Assembly (NCBI GenBank): GCA_040954595.2
Contig: CM082580.2
Location: 1,416,783 to 1,480,782, forward strand
Source of the DNA: Balanoglossus misakiensis
Taxonomy: Eukaryota; Animalia; Hemichordata
Direction of reading: 5' to 3'
DNA: 64,000 bases
Below are positions 35,914-51,900 of the stretch, one piece after another. A program made the translations under genes and the position numbers. Under the pieces are notes generated by a model that was not told where the DNA came from, did no database searches, and saw nothing but the letters and a program-made list of their open reading frames with translations. Every line of letters starts with the position of its first letter. Within the stretch, counting starts at the first letter, position 1.

Positions 35914-38900
35914 TATGTCAAAGTGCAGAGCTTGCATCACCATCTATCCTGATGCATCATCAAGCTGCTTCGCCATTTGCCCTGATGCAAAGAATCACAT
36001 TCAATGTCACCATTGCATTAGCAATTTTAAATTACAGTGTTTTTGGCCATGTATTAACCTAGGGATTTGCAATTAACTTTAAATCCCCATATGCGTTATA
36101 TTCCAATGTCAAGTGAAGGGCTTGAAACACCATCTATCCTGATGCATCATCAAGCTTGCTTCACAATTTACCCTGATGCAAAAAAATCACATTCAGCGTC
36201 ACCATTTCATTAGCAATGTCAAATTACAGTGATTATGGCCACGTATTAACCTGGGGATTTACAATCAACTTTAAATCCCCATATGCGTTATATTCCAATG
36301 TCAATGTGAAGGGCTTGAAATACCATCTACCCTGATCCATCATCAAGCTGCTTCCCCATTTGCCCTGATGCAAAGAATCAGATATAATGTCAACATGGCA
36401 TTAGCAATGTCAAATTACAGTGCTTTTGGACACGTATTAACACAGGGATTTATAATCTACTTGAAATCCCTATATGCTTTTTATACCCATGTCTAAGCGA
36501 AGTGTTTGCATCACTATCTACTGTGATGCATCATCAAGCATGCTTCGCCATTTACGCTGATGCAAAGAATCAGATTCAATGTCACCATTGCATTAGCAAT
36601 GTCAAATTACAGTGCTTTTGGCCATGTATAAACATCGGGATTTATTATCAACTTGAAATCCCCATATGCTTTTTATACCCATGTCAAAGCGAAGTGTTTG
36701 CATCACTATCTACAGTAATGCATCGTCAAGCATGCTTCGCCATTTGCCCTAATGCAAAGAATCACATTAAATGTCACTGTTGCATTCGCAATGTCAAATT
36801 ACTGTGCTTTTGGCCACGTATTAACCTGGCGATCTACAGTCAACTTTAAATCCCCATATGCATTATATTCCAATGTCAATGTGAAGGGCTTGAAAAACCA
36901 TCTACCCTGATGCATCATCAAGTTTGTTTCGCCATTAACCCTGATGCAAATAATCAGTGTCACCATAGCATTAGCAATGGCAAATAAAAGTGCTTTCGGC
37001 CACATATTAACCCAGGGATTTATAATCAACTTGAAATCCCCATATGAATTTTATACCTATGTCAAAGCGAAGTGCTTGCATCAATATCTACCGTGATGCA
37101 TCATCAAGCTTGCTTCGCCATTTGCCCTAATGCAAAGAATCAGATTCAATGTCACTGTAGCATTAGCAATGTCAAATTACAGTTCGTTTGGCCGTTTACT
37201 AACCTGGGGATTTACAATCAACTTTAAATCCCCATATGCATTATATTCTAATGTCAATGTGAAGGGCTTGAAACACCATCTATCCTGATGCATCATCAAG
37301 CTTGCTTCATCATTTTCCCTGATGCAAAGAATCAGATTAAGTATCACGGTAGCATTAGCAATGTCAAATTACAGTGCCTATGGCCACGTATTAACCTCGG
37401 GATGTACGGACAACTTTAAATACCCTTGCATATACATTTAATACCTATGTCAAAATGCAGAGCTTGCATCACCATCTACTCTGATGCACCATTAGGCTTG
37501 CTACGCCATTTCCCCTAATGCAAAGAATCACATTCAATGTCACCATTGCTTTTGGCCATGTATTAACCTGGGGATTTATAATCAACTTTAAATCCCCGTA
37601 TGCGTTATATTCCAATGTCAATGTGAAGGGCTTGAAACCTGGGGATTTACAGTCAACTTTTAATCCCCCTGTATACATTTTAAACCCCGGTGTCAAAGTT
37701 TAGTGATTGCATCATCATTGACCCTGGTGCATCATCAAGCATTCTTCAGAATTTGCCCTGATGCAAAGAATCAGATTCAATATCACCCTTGCATTAGCAA
37801 TTTTAAATTACAGTGCTTTTGGACATGTATTAACCTGGGGATTTACAGTCAACATTAAATACCCATGCATAGGCATTAAATACCTATGTCACAATGCATA
37901 GCTTGCATCACCATCTACTCTGATGCACCATTATGCTCGCTACGCCATTTCCCCTAATGCAAAGAATGACATTCAATGTCACCATTGCATTTGCAATTGT
38001 AAATTACAGTGCTTTTGGCCATGTATTAACCTAGGGATTTTCAATCAACTTTAAATCCCCATATGCGTTATATTCCATTGTCAATGTGAAGGGCTTGAAA
38101 CACCATCTGTCCTGATGCATCATCAAGCTTGCTTCACAATTTACCCCGATGGAAAGAATCAGATTTAATGTCACGGTAGCATTAGCAATGTCAAACTACA
38201 GTGCTTATGGCCACGTATCAACCTGGGGATTTACAATCAACTTTAAATCCCCATATGCGTTATATTCCAATGTCAATGTGAAGGGCTTGAAATACCATCT
38301 ACCCTGATGCATCATCAAGTTTGTTTTGACAACTTTAAATCCCCCTCAGCATGCATTTAATCCCCATGTCAAAGTGCAGAGCTTGCATCACCATCTATCC
38401 TGATGCATCATCAAGCTGCTTCGCCATTTGCCCTGATGCAAAGAATCAGATATAGTGTCACCATTGCATAAGCAATGTCAAATTACAGTGCTTTTGGACA
38501 CGTATTAACACAGGGATTTATAATCTATTTGAAATCCCTATATGCTTTTTATACCCATGTCTAAGCGAAGTGTTTGCATCACTATCTACTGTGATGCATC
38601 GTCAAGCATGCTTCGCCATTTGCCTTAATGCAAAGAATCAGATTAAATGTCACTGTTGCATTCGCAATGTCAAATTACTGTGCTTTTGGCCACGTATTAA
38701 CCTGGCGATTTACAGTCAACTTTAAACATCTGTGCATATGCATTAAATACGCATGTCAAAGTGCAGTGTCTCCATCACCATTGATCCTGATGCATCACCA
38801 AGCATGCTTCGCTATATGCCCTGATGCAAAGAATCAGATTTAGTATCACAGTAGCATTAGCCATGTCAAATTACAGTGCTTTTGGCTATGTATTAACCTG

Positions 38901-41900
38901 GGGTTTTACAATCAACTTTAAATCCCCATATGCATTATATTCCAATGTCAATGTGAAGGGCTTGAAATACCATCTACCCTGATGCATCATCAAGTTTGTT
39001 TCGCCATTAACCCTGATGCAAATAATCAGTGTCACCATAGCATCAGCTATGTCAAATTACTGAGCATTTGGCCATGTATTAACTTGCGGGTTTACAATCA
39101 ACTTCAAATCCCCATATGCATTATATTGCAATGTTAACTTGAACGGCTTGAAACACCATCTATACTGATGCATCATCAAGCTTTCTTCACAATTTACCCT
39201 GATGCAAAGAATCAGATTTAGTGTCGCCATAGCATTAGCAATGGCAAATAAAAGTGCTTTCGGCCACATATTAACCCAGGGATTTATAATCAACTTGAAA
39301 TCCCTATATGAATTTTATACCTATGTCAAAGCGAAGTGCTTGCATCAATATCTACCGTGATGCATCATCAAGCTTGCTTCGCCATTTGCCCTAATGCAAA
39401 GAATCAGATTCAATGTCACTGTTGCATTAGCAATGTCAAATTATAGTGCGTTTGGCCGTATACTAACCTGGGGATTTACAATCAACTTTAAATCCCCATA
39501 TGCATTATATTCTAATATCAATGTGAAGGGCTTGAAACACCAACTATCATGATGCATCATCAAGCTTGCTTCACCATTTTCCCTGATGCAAAAAATCAGA
39601 TTTAGTGTCATGGTAGCATTAGCAAATCCCCATATGCATTTGATACCCATGTCAAAGTGAAGTGTTTGCATCACTATCTACCGTGATGCATCATCAAGCT
39701 TGCATCGCCATTCACCCTTATGCAAAGAATCAGATTCAATGTCACCGTTGCATTAGCAATGTCAAATTACAGTGCTTATGGCCACGTATTAACCTGAGGA
39801 TTTACAGTCAACATTAAATACCCATGCATATCCATTAAATACCTATGTCAAAGTGCAGAGCTTGCATCACCATTTACTCTGATGCACCATTAGGCTTGCT
39901 ACGCCATTTCCCCTAATGCAAAGAATCACATTCAATGTCACCATTGCATTAGAAATTTTAAATTACAGTGTTTTTGGCCATGTATTAACCTATGGATTTG
40001 CAATTAACTTTAAATCCCCATATGCGTTATATTCCAATGTCAAGTGAAGGGCTTGAAACACCATCTATCCTGATGCATCATCAAGCTTGCTTCACAATTT
40101 ACCCTGATGCAAAAAATCACATTCAGCGTCACCATTTCATTAGCAATGTCAAATTACAGTGCTTATTGCCACGTATTAACCTGGGAATTTACAGACAACT
40201 TTAAATACCCATGCATATACATTAAATACCTATGTCAAAGTGCAGAGCTTGCATCACCATTTACTCTGATGCACCATTAGGCTTGCTACGCCATTTCCCC
40301 TAATGCAAAGAATCACATTCAATGTCACCATTGCATTAGCAATTTTAAATTACAGTGTTTTTGGCCATGTATTAACCTATGGATTTGCAATTAACTTTAA
40401 ATCCCCATATGCGTTATATTCCAATGTCAAGTGAAGGGCTTGAAACACCATCTATCCTGATGCATCATCAAGCTTGCTTCACAATTTACCCTGATGCAAA
40501 AAATCACATTCAGCGTCACCATTTCATTAGCAATGTCAAATTACAGTGCTTATTGCCACGTATTAACCTGGGAATTTACAGACAACTTTAAATACCCATG
40601 CATATACATTAAATACCTATGTCAAAGTGCAGAGCTTGCATCACCATCTACTCTGATGCATCATTAGGTTTGCATCGCCATTCCCCCTAATGCAAAGAAT
40701 CAGATTCAATGTCACCCTTGCATTAGCAATTTTAAATTACAGTGCTTTTGGACATGTATTAACCTAGGGATTTTCAATCAACTTTAAATCCCCATATGCG
40801 TTATATTCCATTGTCAATGTGAAGGGCTTGAAACACCATCTGTCCTGATGCATCATCAAGCTTGCTTCACAATTTACCCCGATGGAAAGAATCAGATTTA
40901 ATGTCACGGTAGCATTAGCAATGTCAAACTACAGTGCTTATGGCCACGTATCAACCTGGGGATTTACAATCAACTTTAAATCCCCATATGCGTTATATTC
41001 CAATGTCAATGTGAAGGGCTTGAAATACCATCTACCCTGATCCATCATCAAGCTGCTTCCCCATTTGCCCTGATGCAAAGAATCAGATATAGTGTCAACA
41101 TTGCATTAGCAATGTCAAATTACAGTGCTTTTGGACACGTATTAACACAGGGATTTATAATCTACTTGAAATCCCTATATGCTTTTTATACCCATGTCTA
41201 AGCGAAGTGTTTGCATCACTATCTACTGTGATGCATCATCAAGCATGCTTCGCCATTTACGCTGATGCAAAGAATCAGATTCAATGTCACCATTGCATTA
41301 GCAATGTCAAATTACTGTGCTTTTGGCCATGTATAAACATCGGGATTTATAATCAACTTGAAATCCCCATATGCTTTTTATACCCATGTCAAAGCGAAGT
41401 GTTTGCATCACTATCTACAGTAATGCATCGTCAAGCATGCTTCGCCATTTGCCCTAATGCAAAGAATCACATTAAATGTCACTGTTGCATTCGCAATGTC
41501 AAATTACTGTGCTTTTGGCCACGTATTAACCTGGCGATTTACAGTCAACTTTAAATCCCCATATGCATTATATTCCAATGTCAATGTGAAGGGCTTGAAA
41601 AACCATCTACCCTGATGCATCATCAAGTTTGTTTCGCCATTAACCCTGATGCAAATAATCAGTGTCACCATAGCATTAGCAATGGCAAATAAAAGTGCTT
41701 TCGGCCACATATTAACCCAGGGATTTATGATCAACTTGAAATCCCCATATGAATTTTATACCTATGTCAAAGCGAAGTGCTTGCATCAATATCTACCGTG
41801 ATGCATCATCAAGCTTGCTTCGCCATTTGCCCTAATGCAAAGAATCAGATTCAATGTCACCCTTGCATTAGCAATGTCAAATTACAGTTCGTTTGGCCAT

Positions 41901-44900
41901 ATACTAACCTGGGGATTTACAATCAACTTTAAATCCCCATATGCATTATATTCTAATGTCAATGTGAAGGGCTTGAAACACCATCTATCCTGATGCATCA
42001 TCAAGCTTGCTTCACCATTTTCCCTGATGCAAAGAATCAGATTTAGTATCACGGTAGCATTAGCAATGTCAAATTACAGTGCCTATGGCCACGTATTAAC
42101 CTCGGGATGTACGGACAACTTTAAATACCCTTGCATATACATTTAATACCTATGTCAAAATGCAGAGCTTGCATCACCATATACTCCAATGCATTATTAA
42201 GCTTGCTTCGCCATTTTCCCTGATGCAAAGAATCAGATTAAATGTCACCGTTGTATTAGCAATGTCAAATTAAAGTGCTTTTGGACTTGTATTAACCCAG
42301 GGATTTACAGTCAACTTTTAATCCCCCTGTATACATTTTAAACCCCGGTGTCAAAGTTTAGTGATTGCATCACCATTGACCCTGGTGCATCATCAAGCAT
42401 TCTTCAGAATTTGCCCTGATGCAAAGAATCAGATTCAATGTCACCCTTGCATTAGCAATTTTAAATTACAGTGCTTTTGGACATGTATTAACCTAGGGAT
42501 TTACAGTCAACATTAAATACCCATGCACATGCATTAAATACCTATGTCAAAATGCATAGCTTGCATCACCATCTACTCCAATGCATCATTAAGCTTGCTT
42601 AGCCATTTCCCCTAATGCAAAGAATTACATTCAATGTCACCATTTCATTAGCAATGTCAAATTACAGTGCTTTTGGATGCGTATTAACCCAAGGATTTGT
42701 AATCAACTTGAAATCCCCATATGCATTTAATACCCATGTCAAAGTGAACTGTTTGCATCACTATCTACCGTGATGCATCATCAAGCCTGCATCGCCATTT
42801 ACCCTTATGCATAGAATCAGATTCAATGTCACCGTTGCATTAGCAATGTCAAATAAAAGTGCTTTTGGCCATTATTAACCTAGGGATTTACAATCAACTT
42901 TAAATCCCCATATGCATTATATTCAAAAGTCAATGTGAAGGGCTTGGAACACCATCTATCCTGATGCATCATCACGTTTGCTTCACCATTTATCCATATT
43001 CAATGTCACCCTTGCATTAGTAATTTTAAATTACAGTGCTTTTGGCCATGTATTAACCTCGGGATTTAGAGTCAACTTTAAATATCAATGCGCATGCATT
43101 AAATACCCATGTCAAAGTGAAGTGTTTGCATCACTATCTACTGAGATGCATCATCAAGCTTGCATCGCCATTTACCCTGATGCAAAGACTCAGATTCAAT
43201 ATCATCGTTGCATTAGCAATGTCAAATTACAGTGCTTATGGCCACGTATTAACCTGAGGATTTACAGTCAACATTAAATCCCCATATGCATTATATTCAA
43301 AAGTCAATGTGAAGGGCTTGGAACACCATCTATCCTGATGCATCATCACGTTTGCTTCACCATTTATCCATATTCAATGTCACCCTTGCATTAGTAATTT
43401 TAAATTACAGTGCTTTTGGCCATGTATTAACCTCGGGATTTAGAGTCAACTTTAAATATCAATGCGCATGCATTAAATACCCATGTCAAAGTGATGTGTT
43501 TGCATCACTATCTACTGAGATGCATCATCAAGCTTGCATCGCCATTTACCCTGATGCAAAGACTCAGATTCAATATCATCGTTGCATTAGCAATGTCAAA
43601 TTACAGTGCTTATGGCCACGTATTAACCTGAGGATTTACAGTCAACATTAAATACCCATGCATATGCATTAAATACCTATGTCAAAGTGCAGAGCTTGCA
43701 TCACCATCTACTCTGATGCACCATTAGGCTTGCTACGCCATTTCCCCTAATGCAAAGAATCACATTCAATGTCACCATTGCATTAGCAATTTTAAATTAC
43801 AGTGCTTTTGGCCATGTATTAACCTGGGGATTTACAATCAACTTTAAATCCCCATATGCGTTATATTCCAATGTCAATGTGAAGGGCTTGAAACACCATC
43901 TATCATGATACATCATCAAGCTTGCTTCACAATTTACCCTGATGCAAAGAATCAGATTTAGTATCACGGTAGCATTAGCAATGTCAAATTACAGTGATTA
44001 TGGCCACGTATTAACCTGGGGATTTACAGACAACTTTAAATACCCATGCATATACATTTAATACCTATGTCAAAATGCAGAGCTTGCATCACCATATACT
44101 CCGATGCATTATTAAGCTTGCTTCACCATTTGCCCTGATGCAAAGAATCAGTTTAAATGTCACCGTTGTATTATCAATGTCAAATTACGGTGCTTTTGGA
44201 CTTGTATTAACCTGGGGATTTACAGTCAACTTTTAATCCCCCTGTATACATTTTAAACCCCGGTGTCAAAGTTTAGTGATTGCATCACCATTGACCCTGG
44301 TGCATCATCAAGCATTCTTCAGAATTTGCCCTGATGCAAAGAATCAGATTCAATATCACCCTTGCATTAGCAATTTTAAATTACAGTGCTTTTGGACATG
44401 TGTTAACCTGGGGATTTACAGTCAACATTAAATACCCATGCATAGGCATTAAATACCTATGTCACAATGCATAGCTTACATCACCATCTACTCTGATGCA
44501 CCATTATGCTCGCTACGCCATTTCCCCTAATGCAAAGAATGACATTCAATGTCACCATTGCATTTGCAATTGTAAATTACAGTGCTTTTGGCCATGTATT
44601 AACCTAGGGATTTTCAATCAACTTTAAATCCCCATATGCGTTATATTCCATTGTCAATGTGAAGGGCTTGAAACACCATCTGTCCTGATGCATCATCAAG
44701 CTTGCTTCACAATTTACCCCGATGGAAAGAATCAGATTTAATGTCATGGTAGCATTAGCAATGTCAAACTACAGTGCTTATGGCCACGTATCAACCTGGG
44801 GATTTACAATCAACTTTAAATCCCCATATGCGTTATATTCCAATGTCAATGTGAAGGGCTTGAAATACCATCTACCCTGATGCATCATCAAGTTTGTTTT

Positions 44901-47900
44901 GACAACTTTAAATCCCCCTCAGCATGCATTTAATCCCCATGTCAAAGTGCAGAGCTTGCATCACCATCTATCCTGATGCATCATCAAGCTGCTTCGCCAT
45001 TTGCCCTGATGCAAAGAATCAGATATAGTGTCACCATTGCATAAGCAATGTCAAATTACAGTGCTTTTGGACACGTATTAACACAGGGATTTATAATCTA
45101 TTTGAAATCCCTATATGCTTTTTATACCCATGTCTAAGCGAAGTGTTTGCATCACTATCTACTGTGATGCATCGTCAAGCATGCTTCGCCATTTGCCTTA
45201 ATGCAAAGAATCAGATTAAATGTCACTGTTGCATTCGCAATGTCAAATTACTGTGCTTTTGGCCACGTATTAACCTGGCGATTTACAGTCAACTTTAAAC
45301 ATCTGTGCATATGCATTAAATACGCATGTCAAAGTGCAGTGTCTCCATCACCATTGATCCTGATGCATCACCAAGCATGCTTCGCTATATGCCCTGATGC
45401 AAAGAATCAGATTTAGTATCACAGTAGCATTAGCCATGTCAAATTACAGTGCTTTTGGCTATGTATTAACCTGGGGATTTACAATCAACTTTAAATCCCC
45501 ATATGCATTATATTCCAATGTCAATGTGAAGGGCTTGAAATACCATCTACCCTGATGCATCATCAAGTTTGTTTCGCCATTAACCCTGATGCAAATAATC
45601 AGTGTCACCATAGCATCAGCAATGTCAAATTACTGAGCATTTGGCCATGTATTAACTTGCGGGTTTACAATCAACTTCAAATCCCCATATGCATTATATT
45701 GCAATGTTAACTTGAACGGCTTGAAACACCATCTATACTGATGCATCATCAAGCTTTCTTCACAATTTACCCTGATGCAAAGAATCAGATTTAGTGTCGC
45801 CATAGCATTAGCAATGGCAAATAAAAGTGCTTTCGGCCACATATTAACCCAGGGATTTATAATCAACTTGAAATCCCTATATGAATTTTATACCTATGTC
45901 AAAGCGAAGTGCTTGCATCAATATCTACCGTGATGCATCATCAAGCTTGCTTCGCCATTTGCCCTAATGCAAAGAATCAGATTCAATGTCACTGTTGCAT
46001 TAGCAATGTCAAATTATAGTGCGTTTGGCCGTATACTAACCTGGGGATTTACAATCAACTTTAAATCCCCATATGCATTATATTCTAATGTCAATGTGAA
46101 GGGCTTGAAACACCATCTATCATGATGCATCATCAAGCTTGCTTCACCATTTTCCCTGATGCAAAAAATCAGATTTAGTGTCATGGTAGCATTAGCAAAT
46201 CCCTATATGCATTTGATACCCATGTCAAAGTGAAGTGTTTGCATCACTATCTACCGTGATGCATCATCAAGCTTGCATCGCCATTCACCCTTATGCAAAG
46301 AATCAGATTCAATGTCACCGTTGCATTAGCAATGTCAAATTACAGTGCTTATGGCCACGTATTAACCTGAGGATTTACAGTCAACATTAAATACCCATGC
46401 ATATCCATTAAATACCTATGTCAAAGTGTAGAGCTTGCATCACCATTTACTCTGATGCACCATTAGGCTTGCTACGCCATTTCCCCTAATGCAAAGAATC
46501 ACATTCAATGTCACCATTGCATTAGCAATTTTAAATTACAGTGTTTTTGGCCATGTATTAACCTATGGATTTGCAATTAACTTTAAATCCCCATATGCGT
46601 TATATTCCAATGTCAAGTGAAGGGCTTGAAACACCATCTATCCTGATGCATCATCAAGCTTGCTTCACAATTTACCCTGATGCAAAAAATCACATTCAGC
46701 GTCACCATTTCATTAGCAATGTCAAATTACAGTGCTTATTGCCACGTATTAACCTGGGAATTTACAGACAACTTTAAATACCCATGCATATACATTAAAT
46801 ACCTATGTCAAAGTGCAGAGCTTGCATCACCATATACTCTGATGCATCATTAGGTTTGCATCGCCATTCCCCATAATGCAAAGAATCAGATTCAATGTCA
46901 CCCTTGCATTAGCAATTTTAAATTACAGTGCTTTTGGACATATATTAACCTGGGGATTTACAGTCGACATTAAATACCCATGCATATGCATTAAATATCT
47001 ATGTCAAAGTGCAGAGCTTGCATCACCATCTACTCTGATGTACCATTATGCTTGCTACGCCATTTCCCCTAATGCAAAGAATGACATTCAATGTCACCAT
47101 TGCATTTGCAATTTTAAATTACAGTGCTTTTGGCCATGTATTAACCTAGGGATTTTCAATCAACTTTAAATCCCCATATGCGTTATATTCCATTGTCAAT
47201 GTGAAGGGCTTGAAACACCATCTGTCCTGATGCATCATCAAGCTTGCTTCACAATTTACCCCGATGGAAAGAATCAGATTTAATGTCACGGTAGCATTAG
47301 CAATGTCAAACTACAGTGCTTATGGCCACGTATCAACCTGGGGATTTACAATCAACTTTAAATCCCCATATGCGTTATATTCCAATGTCAATGTGAAGGG
47401 CTTGAAATACCTTCTACCCTGATGCATCATCAAGTTTGTTTTGACAACTTTAAATCCCCCTCAGCATGCATTTAATCCTCATGTCAAAGTGCAGAGCTTG
47501 CATCACCATCTATCCTGATGCATCATCAAGCTGCTTCGCCATTAACCCTGATGCAAATAATCAGTGTCACCATAGCATTAGCAATGGCAAATAAAAGTGC
47601 TTTCGGCCACATATTAACCCGGGGATTTATAATCAACTTGAAATCCCCATATGAATTTTATACCTATGTCAAAGCGAAGTGCTTGCATCAATATCTACCG
47701 TGATGCATCATCAAGCTTGCTTCGCCATTTGCCCTAATGCAAAGAATCAGATTCAATGTCACTGTAGCATTAGCAATGTCAAATTACAGTGCTTTTGGCC
47801 ATACAATCAACTTTAAATCCCCATGTGCGTTATATTCCAATGTCAATGTGAAGGGCTTGAAACACCATCTATCATGATACATCATCAAGCTTGCTTCACA

Positions 47901-49785
47901 ATTTACCCTGATGCAAAGAATCAGATTTAGTATCACGGTAGCATTAGCAATGTCAAATTACAGTGCCTATGGCCACGTATTAACCTCGGGATTTACGGAC
48001 AACTTTAAATACCCATGCATATACATTTAATACCTATGTCAAAGTGCAGAGCTTGCATCACCATTTACTCCGATGCATTATTAAGCTTGCTTCACCATTT
48101 TCCCTGATGCAAAGAATCAGATTAAAAGTCACCGTTGTATTAGCAATGTCAAATTAAAGTGCTTTTGGACTTGTATTAACCTGGGGATTTACAGTCAACT
48201 TTTAATCCCCCTGTATACATTTTAAACCCCGGTGTAAAAGTTTAGTGATTGCATCACCATTGACCCTGGTGCATCATCAAGCATTCTTCAGAATTTGCCC
48301 TGATGCAAAGAATCAGATTCAATGTCACCCTTGCATTAGCAATTTTAAATTACAGTGCTTTTGGACATGTATTAACCTAGGGATTTACAGTCAACATTAA
48401 ATACCCATGCACATGCATTAAATACCTATGTCAAAATGCATAGCTTGCATCACCATCTACTCCAATGCATCATTAAACTTTTAGCCATTTCCCCTAATGC
48501 AAAGAATTACATTCAATGTCACCATTTCATTAGCAATGTCAAACTACAGTGCTTTTGGGTGCGTATTAACCCAGGGATTTGTAATCAACTTGAAATCCCC
48601 ATATGCATTTAATACCCATGTCAGAGTGAACTGTTTGCATCACTATCTACCGTGATGCATCATCAAGCCTGTATCGCCATTTACCCTGATGCATAGAATC
48701 AGATTCAATGTCACCATTTCATTAGCAATGTCAAACTACAGTGCTTTTGGGTGCGTATTAACCCAGGGATTTGTAATCAACTTGAAATCCCCATATGCAT
48801 TTAATACCCATGTCAGAGTGAACTGTTTGCATCACTATCTACCGTGATGCATCATCAAGCCTGTATCGCCATTTACCCTGATGCATAGAATCAGATTCTA
48901 TGTCACCGTTGCATTAGCAATGTCAAATAAAAGTGCTTTTGGCCATGTATTAACCTAGGGATTTACAATCAACTTTAAATCCCCATATGCATTATATTCA
49001 AAAGTCAATGTGAAGGGCTTCAAACACCATCTATCCTGATGCATCATCACGTTTGCTTCACCATTTATCCATATTCAATGTCACGCTTGCATTAGTAATT
49101 TTAAATTACAGTGCTTTTGGCCATGTATTAACCTCGGGATTTAGAGTCAACTTTAAATATCAATGCGCATGCATTAAATACCCATGTCAAAGTGAAGTGT
49201 TTGCATCACTATCTACCGGGATGCATCATCAAGCTTGCATCGCCATTTACCCTGATGCAAAGAATCAGATTCAATATCATCGTTGCATTAGCAATGTCAA
49301 ATTACAGTGCTTATGGCCACGTATTAACCTGAGGATATACAATCAACTTTAAATCCCCATATGCGTTATATTCCAATGTCAATGTGAAGGGCTTGAAACA
49401 CCATCTATCATGATGCATCATCAAGCTTGCTTCACAATTTACCCTGATGCAAGAATCAGATTTAGTGTCACGGTAGCATTAGCAATGTCAAATTACAGTG
49501 CTTTTGGCCACGTATTAACCTGGGGATTTACAGTCAACATTAAATACCCATGCACATGCATTAAATACCTATGTCAAAGTGAAGTGTTTGCATCAATATC
49601 TACCTGGCTGCATCATCAAGCTTGCATCGCCATTCCCCCTAATGCAAAGAATCAGATTCAATGTCATCGTTGCATTAGCAATGTCAAATAAAATTGCTTT
49701 TGGACACGTATTAACCCAGGGATTTCAGTCAACTTTTAGTATCCCTGTATGCATTTTAAACCCCGGTGTCAACGTTTAGTGATTA
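35914..49785 (+). repeat. ~193-bp satellite array, main block (~70 monomers) with kb-scale internal duplications
   Basis: Monomer spacing is 192 (36409, 36601, 36793). Duplicated blocks are offset by 387, 374, 4705 and 6573 bp, as shown by identical spurious ORFs. Confidence 0.97.
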
Positions 49786-50129
49786 ACTTCTTTGCTATTT
49801 AAACATTACATTTTGAGTAAAAGGGGTGAAATGGGATTAAAGTTTATAGTGACATATCGAAAAGAATCTATTTGAATTCGTTCATTTCTGAAATCATATC
49901 GAAAAGAATCTATTTCAATTCGTTCATATCTGAAATATGATAATACGAATATGCATGTTTTATTCGCCATATATGAACACCAATGAAAAGTTATGTTTCC
50001 AGCTTAGGTATCGGTGGATTTGAACCACCTGACATCAGAAGACGCCTCCAGAATACCTTTAAATTGGTTGCATAATTTTCATGTGAATGTTCATAATATA
50101 GCGAGTGATTAATCCCTAATTTATTGTTT

Positions 50130-50170
50130 TGGGGGGGGGGGGGGGGGGTGGGGGTGGGGGGGGGGGGGAG
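50130..50170 (+). repeat. Poly-G tract with G-quadruplex potential
   Basis: About 40 nt, nearly all G. Confidence 0.85.
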
Positions 50171-51389
50171 TTCAAGTAGCATATCTTGCAGGCCAATTTG
50201 AAACAATGTGTCATGTGGTTAAACTGAAAGAAATTAACCAATATAGTTTCAGCTCTTTTTGAAACAAGGTGTCATTTGGTTGAACAATGGGCCAGTCAAA
50301 ATAGCATCTGCTAATTATGCACACAATAGTGTGATGGGTTAGTGGGTTAAGTTTACTTTTACCTTAGCGTTATATAACACACTATCGTGTACATAATCTC
50401 GCAGAGCTCATTCACAATTGTTTTAAAATAAAGCAAGATAACTACATGTATGATAACACACATCTAATTTACGCGCCTAAAGGGCAGTTAAAAAACCTCA
50501 TACCAATTACAAAAGAGGGAAAAAAAACTGTCCTCTCCTCCTCTCACCCCATGATCTAAGCTAAATTTGGAATTTGGATGGGGTGGGGAGGTTAAGCTAA
50601 CCTAACATTGTGCTAACATTTTCTGCCTGTCTGTCGCGTACAATGTGTCGATGCGCGAATACAATCACGGGTACCGTTGCGAGAAATTCCACCGAATAAC
50701 GATGCTGACGAGTATTATCTATCTGAGAAATAATAGCATGTTATTCATAAAATATACACATTAACCAATGAATGAACCAACATGATTATTAGACCTTGGA
50801 CACTTATTTAACATTTTATCATTATTATACCTCTGTCATCATCATCAATATTAACACCCTTTTTATACTTAATATCACCATAAGCCATCACCACAATTAT
50901 TAATCGTTATTATACCCTTGCACAATTGTTACCCTTATTAAACCCGACACAGTTATTACTATTATTATACCCTTCTCATTCATATACCCATTATAACCTG
51001 TGTACACAAGCCATCATCATATTATAAACCCGTTATACCTTTATACCACATTTGTTACCCTAATATTATTCCCTTCATACAAGCAACCGTTGTTACCCCT
51101 TTATAACCTGTGTACACTCAAATTTTACCATAAAACCATCATCACATTTGTAACCCTTTTATTAAACCAAATTCAAATTTGTTCACCGTTATTATACCAT
51201 ACACATTTCGGAACCTATTATCATACCCTGCACAAAGCCATTGCTGTTAACCTAATTTTAAAACAAGTAATCACTACCAATTATTAACCCGATTTATTGG
51301 ACTATTAAGTTTTATATTACGATCACCTCATTTTGTACGTCTATATTACTCTATCTTATAATTTTGGTCAATAGGATATTATGTTGAAA

Positions 51390-51900
51390 CTCCACTTCTC
51401 CATTCTTCCACTTCTCCATCCTTTAGGTTGACGCTCCATCCATCCATCCATCAAAGTTTATATTAGTAGGTTGACTATGGTTGACTCTCCGCTCCATCCT
51501 CCCATCAAATTTTACGTTAGTTGGTTGATTATGGTGTTACCAGTGTGCCCTACAGGAAAGAAAAAGAGGAAAAAACAGAGAAAAAACTCCACTTCTCCAT
51601 CCTTCCACTTCTCCATCCTTTAAGTTGACGCTCCGCGGCACCATCCATCCATCAAAGTTTATATTTTAGTAAGTTGACTATGGTTGACGCTCCGCTCCAT
51701 CCATCCATCAAAGTTTATATTAGTAGGTTGACTATGGTTGACGCTCCGCTCCATTCATCCATCAAAGTTTATATTAGTAGGTTGACTATGGTTGACGCTC
51801 CCCTCCATCCATCCATCAAAGTTTATATTAGTAGGTTGACTATGGTTGACACTCCGCTCCATCCATCCATCAAATTTTACGTTAGTAGGTTGATTATGGT
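51390..51900 (+). repeat. 54-bp minisatellite followed by an AG-rich tract
   Basis: GTTGACTATGGTTGACGCTCCGCTCCATCCATCCATCAAAGTTTATATTAGTAG at 51673, 51727, 51781 and 51835, plus an earlier partial block. Confidence 0.9.

Noticed and set aside
30080-49779. Many 60-115-aa ORFs in the satellite
   Set aside because: They are translations of the repeat monomer in several frames and both strands, with frequent indels and stops.
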